Positions 26,795 through 37,827 of a stretch of 64,000 bases of DNA are shown here, piece by piece. How positions within the stretch are numbered: the first letter of the stretch is position 1; each line of letters starts with the position of its first letter. The stretch is taken from assembly GCF_018977255.1 (NCBI RefSeq), contig NW_024704743.1, forward strand, positions 56,484,001-56,548,000. The letters are read 5' to 3'. The DNA is from Callorhinchus milii (taxonomy: Eukaryota). The notes below the pieces were generated by a model that was given only the letters and a program-made list of their open reading frames with translations, searched no databases and had not been told where the DNA came from. The position numbers and the translations under genes are program-made.

Positions 26795-27100
26795 GCTCTG
26801 TAGCTCAGTGATTAGAGCACTCGCTTTGCAAGTGATACACCTGGGTTCGATTCCGGGCAGGGTGAAACCTTGGGCAAGTTTCCTTACTCCACACGCCCAA
26901 TAATAATCCCTCAAAAAAAAACAATAAAGAATTGGGCATTTCAATCCATGGCTGTTTGTGGGACATGGTTGTGTGCAATTGGCTGCCGCGTTTCGCCCAC
27001 AAATATACAGTCAATTCACTTTACAGTATATTCTGTGAAGCGCTTTGAGACGTCTAGAAGATGTGAGAAGCGCTATATCAAATGCAAGGATTATTATTAT
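26795..27100 (+). mobile_element. tRNA-Ala-headed SINE (short subtype), nested in an older DeuSINE (~26530-27192)
   Basis: full head, lacks internal ~60-bp segment; Deu-like sequence on both flanks. Confidence 0.85.
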
Positions 27101-27760
27101 ATTCCCGGTGTTTGGTACACAACAATCACTATACTTGAAACTAATAGATTGTGTGTATCCCTTTGACATGTTATGTGCTGCATCAAATCCAAGTAGGTTT
27201 TTTGGGGCAGTAGAATGTTACCTCACTTCTTTGAAATAAGCTTATAAATATTAGATTTAAATCTAATTTACAATACAGTACTATATAAATGTAAATACAG
27301 TTTACATTTATATAGCCCCTTTCACATTGGGAGGACATCTCAAAGTGCTTTAAGCATTGTTCTAGAGATACAGTTTGACATTGGCAGCTCTTTTTAGAGA
27401 AGGGAGAGAGGAATGGATTGAATTATGCAGCTCTAGTCAGGGAGAATAAAGCTCTGTACATAGATACTTTCTATGGAGATATCTATATTCCCTTCACCTT
27501 GCATTTCTAGTTGAAGCGCAAAGCATGGACGTGATTTACATGATAGAGATTCATTTGCGCTCAGAAATGCAATAGAGAGTCATGAATATTACATCATTGT
27601 AATATTGCTCAACTGCTTTGAACTCACTTGCAGACAACTGTTCTTTGTATAACTTCAGGTTTATTTTTAAAAATATAATAATAAATAATCCTTGGATTTG
27701 ATGAAACCATTCTCATTGGGGGATGTCTCAAGGTGCTTGACAGGATTTACTGTAAAGTGT

Positions 27761-28194
27761 CTCAGCCTGGCTCAGTTGATACTAGTCTCACCTGTGTGTC
27801 AGAGGTTGTGGGTTTAAGTCCCATGTTGAGACTTGGAAGTCATACAGTTGATGCTGACACTCCAAAGCAGTGCAGGGTGTGTGTTTTGTTGCCGCAGGTC
27901 TCATCCTTTGGGTGAGAGGTAAAAACTCAGTTCCCATCTGCCTGTTCAGGTGGAAGTTGGAGATCCCCTAGCACTACTCAAAATGCAATGGGAGTTTTTC
28001 TCAGTGTCCTGACCAACAATCCCCCAAATAAAATTGGTCACTCACTTCATGGTTGTTTGTGGGACATTGCTGAGTGCAAATTGTCTGGTTGTCTTTCTCT
28101 CTAAAATACCCTGTCCAAAAATATACACTTTACAGTATGTCCTTTGAAGACATCTCAACAATATGATAAAGTGTTTCATCAAATGTAAGGATTA
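27761..28194 (+). mobile_element. Full-length DeuSINE with 8-bp TSD
   Basis: taaagtgt at 27753-27760 and 28195-28202; head, Deu body and tail present. Confidence 0.85.
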
Positions 28195-28279
28195 TAAAGT
28201 GTAGTGACTGTGTAATTTGTAGGCAAATTGAAATTGTTTTGGTCACTTTTTTATTGTACTGTGGTAGGTGTAGTAATTA

Positions 28280-28682
28280 AGGTTCACCCACAAAATATAC
28301 AGTGAATTCACTTTATAGTATATTCTGTGAAGCGGTTTGAGACGTCTCGAAGACTTGATAAGGTGCTATATCAAATATTATTATTTTAGTATAAGGTGGT
28401 ATGCCACAGATTTCTGCCTAACAATATCATACACTTGTTATACTGCACATTATTGAGGTCCCGTCTGCCTATTTAGATGTAAAGATTCCAAGGCACTTTT
28501 GAAAAGAGAGGGGAGTTTCTCCTAATGATCTGCCCAGCAGTCCCTTAGATAAAATTGGTCTTTCACTTCATAGCTGTTTATGAGACATTGCAGTACACAA
28601 ATTCGCTATTGCTTTTACCTACTTCACAGAAAATCCTCCTGATGTGAAAGGCGCAATATGAAATGCAAAGGTTATTATTATA
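28280..28682 (+). mobile_element. SINE tail plus DeuSINE fragment
   Basis: two tandem partial copies. Confidence 0.7.
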
Positions 28683-28840
28683 ATTTATTTGGATTGAAGA
28701 TCCAACTCAGGTTGCCTAAAATCAGGAATACAAGTGTCATGATAGGTGATGCAATGCTTGGGTTTTAAAAGCTTGTACAATTTTAATGTGGTTCACTAGT
28801 GAGAGCCTCAGTAATAAGTTGCTGTCACTTTATGTCTCAG

Positions 28841-28942
28841 GTGGCACGGCGCTGGGGAATCCAGAAGAATCGACCTGCCATGAACTATGACAAGCTGAGC
28901 CGTTCACTCCGCTATTACTATGAGAAGGGCATCATGCAAAAG
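28841..28942 (+). CDS. ETV1: ETV1 exon, ETS recognition helix (102 nt)
   Basis: tctcag acceptor, AAG|GTAAGT donor; [34 protein letters not shown]. Confidence 0.97.
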
Positions 28943-29823
28943 GTAAGTTCAATGCAGTCTTTCTGATGCTGGTGAGTTATCTATGCACTGAATCCCATTT
29001 ACACTTTGAAAACATGCATTCCACTCCCCCAGTGGCTAACTGCTTGCTCAGTGTGATACAATGATTATTATAACCTTTATAACCAGCGCAGAGAGTAGAC
29101 TTTCATCCCATTAGGTTCGGTTTGCTTCAAACCCAGGTCCCAGAGGTGAAAGGACAGCATGCTAAATCACTGTGCTGTCCAAAAGCATTGGCTGAATTCA
29201 CAGCAATACCAAACTAGTACTGAATTTTCCTGACTCATACACTTTCCGATTGGCATCAAGGGACAGAAATGTTGCCTAAATGTGGGATTTCTTATGGATC
29301 CACACAGTGACACTCCAGCAGGAGATCTCTGTTGAGCTGCTTTCTCAGTAAGGGACTGAGCCAAAATGGCAGATCTCTTCAGGGAAGAAAAATATCGGTG
29401 AACTTGTGAATACCTCTTATGAGGTAAAGATGAGTTTTTCTTCATATGACTCAGACAAGGGAGTGCTTACACTTTACTTTCGCTTTGAGTGGAACAGACT
29501 GCAAGACAATTATATTAACTATTTGGAGTAATAGCACATTGTATATTCAAATATCCTTATATTGAATAAGCAGTAGATATGCATATTTATCTGTCTTTAA
29601 ATCTCACCTAAAAACCTACCTATTCAACTGTGCCTATAGTTAATTCCGCCCCCTCCTCCCCCTTCTCCATGGCTTGGCATTTGTCCCTGTCTTAAATGCA
29701 AGTTGCTGCGTAAAAGGCAAGGATTATTATTGTTGTTACTTAATTATTCTGGTTTGAGAGCAGTCGCCTGTATATTGAAGGAAAAATTAATGTTTTAAAA
29801 AAATGTTATTTTCCTTTTCCCAG

Positions 29824-30045
29824 GTCGCTGGAGAAAGATATGTGTATAAATTTGTATGTGACCCGGAGGCCCTCTTCTCAATGGCGTTCCCAGATAACCA
29901 GAGGCCAGTGCTGAAAACTGACATGGAGCGCCACATTAACGAGGAAGACACGGTCCCTCTCTCTCACTTTGATGAGAACATAGCCTTCATTCAAGATAAC
30001 GGCTGTTGCAATTCCCATCCATACAATGAAGCCTATGTGTACTGA
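29824..30045 (+). CDS. ETV1: ETV1 terminal coding exon to TGA
   Basis: ttcccag acceptor; VAGERYVYKFVCDPEALFSMAFPDNQRPVLKTDMERHINEEDTVPLSHFDE...CCNSHPYNEAYVY*; C-terminus is ETV1-type rather than ETV4/ETV5. Confidence 0.96.
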   Translation, partial: VAGERYVYKFVCDPEALFSMAFPDNQRPVLKTDMERHINEEDTVPLSHFDENIAFIQDNGCCNSHPYNEAYVY

Positions 30046-32599
30046 TGCAGCCACGTTGGGGGCCATCGCTTTCCTTTTCCCTTTCTTTTATTTTCCGTAG
30101 ACCATGACCCAAGCAGGATTTACTCATCTCTTCAGCATCTTTGACATCAAGCAGAGGGTCCAGAGTTTCTGTCGCATTACCCCCATGGTTGACCACCAGG
30201 GACAGTGCACTTTATGAAAAGACTCATTGGAGTTCTACATGTGATTTTTGTTTCATTTGGGGGTGGGAGTGGTTTACATTTTTTGCCTAAATGTTCTTTT
30301 TTGGAGGAGGGGGTTTGGAAATTTACAGATGTTTCAATAGATTATGCTATCTTATAGATTTTTGTTTCATATCAGCTAAAAAAACTTACTAAGTCAAACT
30401 TAAAGGAATTCTGCTAATGTCAGTAATAAGAGAAATTGCATATCTAATATTGCTGTGTTAATGCAGCCAGCACTCTTTAAGAATCTATATCTAAGTAGGT
30501 ACATAGTACATTTTTGTCAGGGTACACATTAATATACAGTCAAGCCTTTTACTGCTGTGTTATATTTGTTAAAAATATATGAATACTAGAGTATGCTGAG
30601 GCTTCTGCTGCAGTCTCCTTTTCTGTAAATTCTTTTAAACGCAGGGTTTATTAAAGCAATTTGGAGCATTACTGTAAGTACAGGTAGTTTTTCAGGACAA
30701 AATAGATGACTTGAAACATTTACTGCTTAGAATGTAGTTTATGCTGTAGTTATACAATAAGCAACTGTATGCTTTAGCCATTGGTAAATGATTATCCACC
30801 GACAAGTTGCTAAGGGAAGTTTTTATGTGGAAGGTTTTTTCTGGATAAATGGAAACTCACCTGATATGACCTGTCAATAGCAACATTTCATTAGCATGCA
30901 CTTACTTCAGATTTAGAGCCCAGGTATTGAAGCAGTCCTGTCTTGTTACACTTAGCATCTTCATCTAATCTGGCGAATTAGGGCAGGTCACATTTTTATA
31001 GTTTGTTAAACATTTTTTACAATGACTATCTTACTTCAGAAGATTACATTGAAGATACTGTTCTAGCAGAAACCTTGTCTCTCAACCCCCAAAAAGCTTT
31101 GCTCTCACCCCTCCCCAAAATCTCCCCCCTCCGCGGGGAGAAAATTTATTGTGAAATTGAATTAAGGATCACACTTGTATATAGAACGTTTTTGTCTCTT
31201 ACCCACCCTCCATTTTTATCATTGCTGTTTTGTTTAAAATAAAATGTATCTAGATATATATCTAGAAGTTGCAGCTGGTGTATAAGTTGCTCCCCTATTT
31301 TTAGAAGACGTGAAGCTGTAGTATACATCACCAGATTTGATGGCACTTGTATTCTCTAATTTCAAGTAGAGTAACAAATTTGAAGACAGTAACGCCACAG
31401 GAGATCCAAGGGATTAGTTTCACTAAGCTAAAAAGGGAGGTGTTTCTAATCAATGTACTGTGTATATAATATATATATAAAATATGTTTCCTGGAGCTTG
31501 ACCTTTTCTTCTATTTAGTAACAATTTTTACTGCCACCTTTAGCTTTTAAAGAACTCTTCAATAACCGTGTACAGCCCTTCTCTGAACAAAGGTGATCAG
31601 TCCATAATATTCTGGCAGTGTGGTCCAAAGACCTTTGTCAGCCAACTACCTTTAATAATCCCTAGTATCATTTCGGTTCTATTTGTTTCCTTTGTGCATC
31701 TGAAATGGTTTGTGAGTTTCAGTAGAAGCTGCAACCCGGAGATTTATGTAACCCTTTCTATTCACTGCGATGCTCTGTAAGTGAAAGTTACAGTGACATA
31801 TTTTTAGAACATTGATCCAGGTCCATTTAAAGTATAAACTAGAAGCATGTTTTCTGCTAGCTAGACACCTCTTCTTTACTGGGTGTGTTTACTGGATACT
31901 GGATGTATTTACATCATGTAGCTTTGGACTCATGAATCACCACAAAAATGTGTTGTAATCCTGTTGTGTGTCCAAATTACATTTGAAGTGAGCAAGTTCA
32001 TCCTAAAGTGAGACAGTGCTAAATAGATGTTGTAATTGACAGTCCACTTGCATCCACTCCTGTCTTAGAGATTTTATTAAAGGGCCAATCTTCAACTATA
32101 ATCTGAATTTCAATGGTGATGATTTTAGGATATTAATATAACCTGTTGTCCTACTCTTTTTGATTCTCAATTATATTCTTGGTAATTCTTGTTAAGGTCA
32201 ATCATTGCCTGATTCACCTGGCACAAGTGCTGAATAAGTGTAGATCTGGCCCATGTTGCCCTTAGTGTCCATTGCCTTCAAATGGTACTTTCTGGGGCTT
32301 GTTTGGGGCATATTGTTTTTATGTAAAACCGATGGCAGAGATTTCACATGAAATTCATTTGAAAGCTACAAGCTTCTCTGATTCAACACATCAAAGGTAA
32401 TCCTTGCAGTGCAGTGCAAAAAATATTCCTATTCAAAGCTTTATACAAAGTAGGGCAGTGTCCTTCTGAGGATGATGGTTAAGGCACATGTTGGTGTGGA
32501 GTACAAAGAGCTTTATTCAATATCTGGTCCATGTCGGCACTGGCATCCCTCATTTTGAGGATCACATCATAAAATTATCCATTTTACAGCCTCTTTTGA

Positions 32600-33010
32600 T
32601 GGCTTGGTGAGTAAATGGATTGTTTGCCGGGAAAGATAGCCATGCACAGCGGGAGGCTTTCTGGTTCGCTCTCTGATCTGTGGTGAGTCAGCCAGTCCCA
32701 TTCAGAACAGTGGTGAGTGGTGTGCCCCTTGGATATCAGTCAGGATCCTCATTTCTTATCACTATCCAGCAACTTCTGCTGGAAGCATCTGCTACATTTC
32801 AATAAATTTCCAGGAGCACTTTTGAATCTCAGCTGGTTGCTAAATTATAGAACACTTACTGCCAATATAAGGACAGAATGGGGCTGGAGTGTGATGGCTT
32901 CGATAGCCATGTTTTAAGAATGTTCAGTTGTGCGAGGTGTAAGAAAGCGCTGGTTTATGTGGAACTGTAGCACAAACCAGTCCCCTCAGGAGAGGAAGAG
33001 TAAAGGGAGC
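32600..33010 (+). mobile_element. Old tRNA-derived SINE-like repeat within putative 3' UTR
   Basis: degenerate tggct..ggttcg head; similarity by eye to 3060-3230, 13495-13715 and 50260-51460. Confidence 0.45.
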
Positions 33011-33774
33011 CGGTTTGGTAGTATTATAGCCTGACTTATTTTCTCTTTTGCTTGCTCATCTCCTAAGCCTCTTTTGGTTACTCTTTCCCACTCTATCTTG
33101 CTCACCGATGATTCTCAATTTTCGTAGACAATAACATTTCCAGAAACGTTCTGGTAGTGAAACAATCAATTACACTTTAATGTAAAAGTACTGAACCTTT
33201 CTTCAATTACATTTGCTCTACTTTGTCCAGGAAATTGTTTTCTTTGTAAAGGTTTACTGCATGAACACGTCCCTGATGCACGAATGACTTTTAAGACATT
33301 AGCGCATTTGTTTTTGAAACTGTTCCCTTATTGTTGCATGATGTGCCCCTTGTGCCAGCTCTGTCCTGTGTCTGGAGCCCCTTTGCCTCCAGGTTTGTGC
33401 TGGGTGAAGCAGGTTTTGCATTGAGGAAATCTCAAAATAAAGTGGAGGCAAAAGACACAGCCTGAAGAAAGTCACTTGGAAACCTAATGTAGCAAAAAAA
33501 AGAAAAAAAACACAACGTTGAGGGACATCTGTAAATGATGGACAGTATTTTTTCTGCTGTTTCTGAGAAATTTTCTAAATTTTTGTAATTTTGTATTTAT
33601 CATGTATGTTTTGGTTTTATATGGCCAAAAAGTAGCATCTGGATTAATAATGTAAACCTCATTGTTGTTTAATTTTCCTCAGCTATGGCTTAGAGCTGTT
33701 TGAAGGGTCCATGGTTTTCCTGTTGTATTGCTTTTGGATTTTTTTTTGCTTTGAAGAAAAAAATGTAATAGTAT

Positions 33775-33780
33775 AATAAA
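33775..33780 (+). terminator. Candidate distal polyadenylation signal AATAAA
   Basis: AATAAA preceded by U-rich/TGTA elements and followed by GT-rich sequence. Confidence 0.5.
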
Positions 33781-34129
33781 CTGTTCAATTCTTAAGGAAA
33801 TCTGAGCTATATTGTTTCAAACAGAGCATTCTGGGAATGTGTTATTTCAATATTTTCCACATTTGGCTTCTGTGTGTGAAATTTCACCTACACTGAATGG
33901 TTCAAAGGTTCTGCCAAATGGTTCTGCTTTATGTCCTTATGTTTATTTCCAGCACAGATGTAAAAAGAATCTCGTGATTTTATAGTATGAATTATTATTA
34001 CTATTATTATGATCACTTGCTGCCATCCAGGTTTTGCAACTTTTAGTGGTCAACATATAATAACACTTAAAGCAGTCAATAAATGAATGTGACATAAAGT
34101 CAGCAGGTTTGGTAGACAGATGCTTAGCA

Positions 34130-34630
34130 CCACAAAACCTTACAGCACACAAGAAAGCCATTTAGACCATTGTGTCTGTACTGGCTCTTTGAAAGAGCAA
34201 TCCATTCAGTCCTATTTATCTGCCTTTTCTCCATACCCCTGCAAATTACTCCTTTTTAGATATCTAATTCCCTCTTGAAAGCTAATATGGATTCTGACTT
34301 CACCACCACACCTGGCAGAGCATCCTACATTGTAACAACTCTGTGTAAAAAATGGTCCTAATCTTCTCCTTTGCTCCTTTGTTAATGATCTTAAATTGAT
34401 GTCTTCTGGTCACTGACCCAGAGACCAGTGGAAATAATTTCTCCTAATTGACTCTTATCAAAAGACTTCATAAATTAAGGACATAGAACCAGTTTCCACA
34501 CATAAGTCAAACTGCTTATCCCGGGTATCATCCTAGTAAATCAATGCACCCTCCTTGCAGCCCTAACATCCTTCCTAAACTGGGATGCCCCAAACTGGAC
34601 AACACTGTAACTGCAATCTAACAAACAATT
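34130..34630 (-). mobile_element. CR1 LINE 3' fragment
   Basis: CR1 3' UTR and ccccaaactggacaacac motif (VQFG on minus). Confidence 0.7.
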
Positions 34631-34734
34631 TGAATATGACATACGTTGCACAAATATAAGAATGCGACCTTCAATTCCTAATTCAGTGAGCGGGAGGGGC
34701 TAGTGGAAGAGAGAGTACATTTTTTTCATATATG

Positions 34735-34945
34735 TACTATAAGGAATGCTGAAGAATGAAAACCATTGAAGCAGAATCCATTACAGCTTTTTAAAAGGGA
34801 AGTTGACAATATTTAAAAGATGAATATTAAGGGGGATGGAGAAAGGTCAAAGTAATGAGAATAAATGGGTAGCTCTTTCAGGGAGCTGGCATGGACACAC
34901 TGGGCCGAATAGCCTCCTTCTGTGATGAAAATACTGTAAGATTGT
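34735..34945 (+). mobile_element. CR1 LINE 3' end
   Basis: gaagcagaatccatt..tttaaaagggaagttgac..gggccgaatagcctccttctgtg. Confidence 0.7.
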
Positions 34946-35889
34946 AGAGATATTCGTATCATGTTTCACAGTTCACAAGATATTGCAAACACTCACATGT
35001 GAAAATATTAGCGGTGGAAAGCTTTCTTGTTTATATAAAGATTTTTTTTAAAAAAATGAAATGTTTTTAATTGCACAGCTGCATAGAGTTTTATTTGTCT
35101 TTGACTAAACACAGACCTCATCTAACATAGCTCCTGGTTGCTCTCTTTTAAGCAGGACAGTTTTGCTGTTGATAGAGAGCGACATGTGAAAGGTACAGCT
35201 GGGAGAAATTCCATCTGGGCTGAGATTTACTCTCATTTAGGTATCGTTTTAGTGTGTGCAGAGGTATAGAAAAGCAGTTTCGAAGAAAAGACTGAATTCA
35301 ACAATTTGTCAAATGCTGTAGGCTCTCGGATCCTACATGAATAAATAGGGTGAAAATAGGGAGTATTTCCCCCCTTCAACCCAGAATCGGTAGAGCCCAT
35401 CTGAAGGAGAGCGAAGACAGCTATTGTATTCATAAAACTGAACGCAGAGAGCAGAATGAACAGGTTTATCTGCCAGAGTTCCTTTAACAGCTGCAAAAAT
35501 AAACGCAAAGAAAAAGTATCAGGCCTGATTTTTTCCAGTTTATGATATATCATAGCAAAAGAAAATCTGAATGGATTTACATCCATATTTACCATGGTAA
35601 ACATTAATTTCAGCAAAAGCTGGATTTCTTCAGCATCAAAATCCAACTTAGATTGTACTCAAAGAGGAAACTTGCTTTCAATATAGACTAACAATGTGAT
35701 TAATTATTTTCAGTTATCTGCCAAGCTTCAGAGTATTTGGATGAATAGCCTCTCCTTGGATAGACTGCCAAATGTTAACACATTTGTGTGATCTACCTGG
35801 CAGGATCATGATGTTACGAAAAACCTGCCCCAATATCTCTGCTACACACCGCAGTCTGCTTCGACATTCTCCTCTATACTTCACAAAAA

Positions 35890-36254
35890 ACGCCTCTCAG
35901 TATTTATTCTTTGGTTTAAGATTTAGAGCTCTCTGACCTTCTCGCTCCCCAATCTACCACCCGGCGCCTCCGCTCAACTGGCACTGGCCTCCTGCTTGTC
36001 CCTCGCATCCTCCGCTCCACCATTGCAGGTCTTGCTTTCAGCCACTACTCCCCAAAACTGTGGAACACTCTTCCTCAATCCCTCTGCCTTATCCCCCTAA
36101 TTCCCCTTTTGAAGTCCCGCCTGAAAACCTTTCTTTTCAACCGTGCTTATGGTCACCACCCCACCCCTCCCGGTTTGGAATCAGGCTACACCACTGTTAA
36201 GCGCTCTGAGACGTTACCCTGCGAGGAGGGCGCCATATAAGTGCATGTTGTTGT
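35890..36254 (+). mobile_element. L2 LINE 3' end
   Basis: RRLRSTGTGLL.VPR..AFS..PKLWNTLP..KSRLKTFLF and tail. Confidence 0.85.
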
Positions 36255-36434
36255 AGAGCCTAGAGTGGAAACAAAGATAGTTTTTCACTAATACCTTCCC
36301 TCCATTCAAATGATGTTGCAGATGATTTTTTTTTTAACAAAGAAAATAAATTCACTTCGGCAAATGAACTGAATGCAGTTTAGACCATAATAAAACTGAA
36401 AGATAATTAAAATAAAAGATAAACTTTCCACCTC

Positions 36435-36950
36435 AAATAGCACCTTTGATGTCGCGGGATTTACTGTGAAGCGCAGTGACTATTTTGTAAGTGAAAGTGG
36501 CAGTCAATTTGCACATAGCATTGGCCAACAAACAGTCATGAAGTGAATGAAGAAGATGGAGCTCATAATAATAATAATAATAATAATAATCCTTGCATTT
36601 GATATAGCGGCTTATCATGTCTTCGAGATGTCACAAAGCACTTTACAGAATATACTGTAAAGTGAATTGACTGCATATTTTGTGGGCGAAACATAATTCT
36701 ATTGAAATCTCACAGTAATGTCACCTGTAATAAGTATGTTGGCCCACTAGCCCCTTTATTACACTTTAAAGCTGTAAGGATTAAATGTAAGGATCATTAT
36801 CTCAGCTCACATAAATGAGGCTTTAATTGTTTCAGAGTTGAGTTTTAACACACTACCCAGCTCTGCAATGTGTTCAAGTCTTGCTGTGTGGTTTGAAACA
36901 CAACCTTATGATTCAGCAACAAGACTACTACCAAATGAGCCAGGTTGACA
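36435..36950 (-). mobile_element. Cluster of SINE fragments
   Basis: Deu 3' part, (TAA)n tail at 36567 and DeuSINE head at ~36830-36950. Confidence 0.7.
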
Positions 36951-37624
36951 CCCTTTCTACTTTGAAAGACTTCCTCTTTTCAAACAATTATCCGTCAACA
37001 ATGGTGATATTTCCCAACTCGTGATAGTGGTTATACTGGTGGCTGTAACTATTCATGTTACATCATGCAGTTGTTGCTTGAATATGATTAAAAATCAGCT
37101 TCATAATTAGGATGGATTTCCCTCCCAAAGTAGTGGACTCCCAGCAAATAGATGTCTCATTTGAAGGACTGTATCATTATTCAGATGATGTCTTTCCTCC
37201 AGATGAAATGTTAATGTGGAGCTCTGAGTTTATGGATCCACTTTTACTGCACTTTGGATATGTTCCAAATCTATGGGGCACTCTTGTGAACAATGAACCT
37301 GCACTAAACCAGAGTGCCTTATAATGGGGTCACACTGTTTTGGTATTGGTGCAGATTAGCTACCTACATACAAGTTCAATAGTTGATAACTCTATGTCCT
37401 GTGGTGGTGAGGGCCGTCATATTCTCCGTTTCTCTGTAAAATTATGAACCTGACTGATGTGAAATTACAATAGGAAAACACTTTATTTGTTGTAACCCAA
37501 TATCAGCATTACATTTTCCCAAGTCGAATATAATGCAACCAGCTGCAAAGTAAAACTCTTTTAGTACTGTTCCTTAACCAACCTCAGAAGACTACTTATT
37601 TCTGCGTATGAATCTTTCCCAGAA

Positions 37625-37827
37625 CTCAGCCACTACGCCCCAAGACTGTGGAACTGTCTGCCTCAATCCCGCCCCTTCCTTTTCCATCTTCAGATCACAC
37701 CTGAAGACTTTCCTCTTTGACCATGCCTACCATCATCTCCCCTCTCTCCCTGGCTCAGCGTCAAGCTCCACCACTGTTAAAGGCTTTATCCTGCATAAAG
37801 ACGCTATATAAATGCAAGTTGTTGTTT
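37625..37827 (+). mobile_element. L2 LINE 3' end
   Basis: FRSHLKTFLFDHAY and tail. Confidence 0.8.

Larger units (their letters stand above)
30046..33800 (+). other. ETV1: Putative long ETV1 3' UTR
   Basis: AT/U-rich, largely repeat-poor sequence after the stop, ending near AATAAA 33775; CR1 fragments resume after ~34130. Confidence 0.6.

Noticed and set aside
35233..35646. 137-aa minus-strand ORF
   Set aside because: Non-ATG start, no recognisable domain or splice structure
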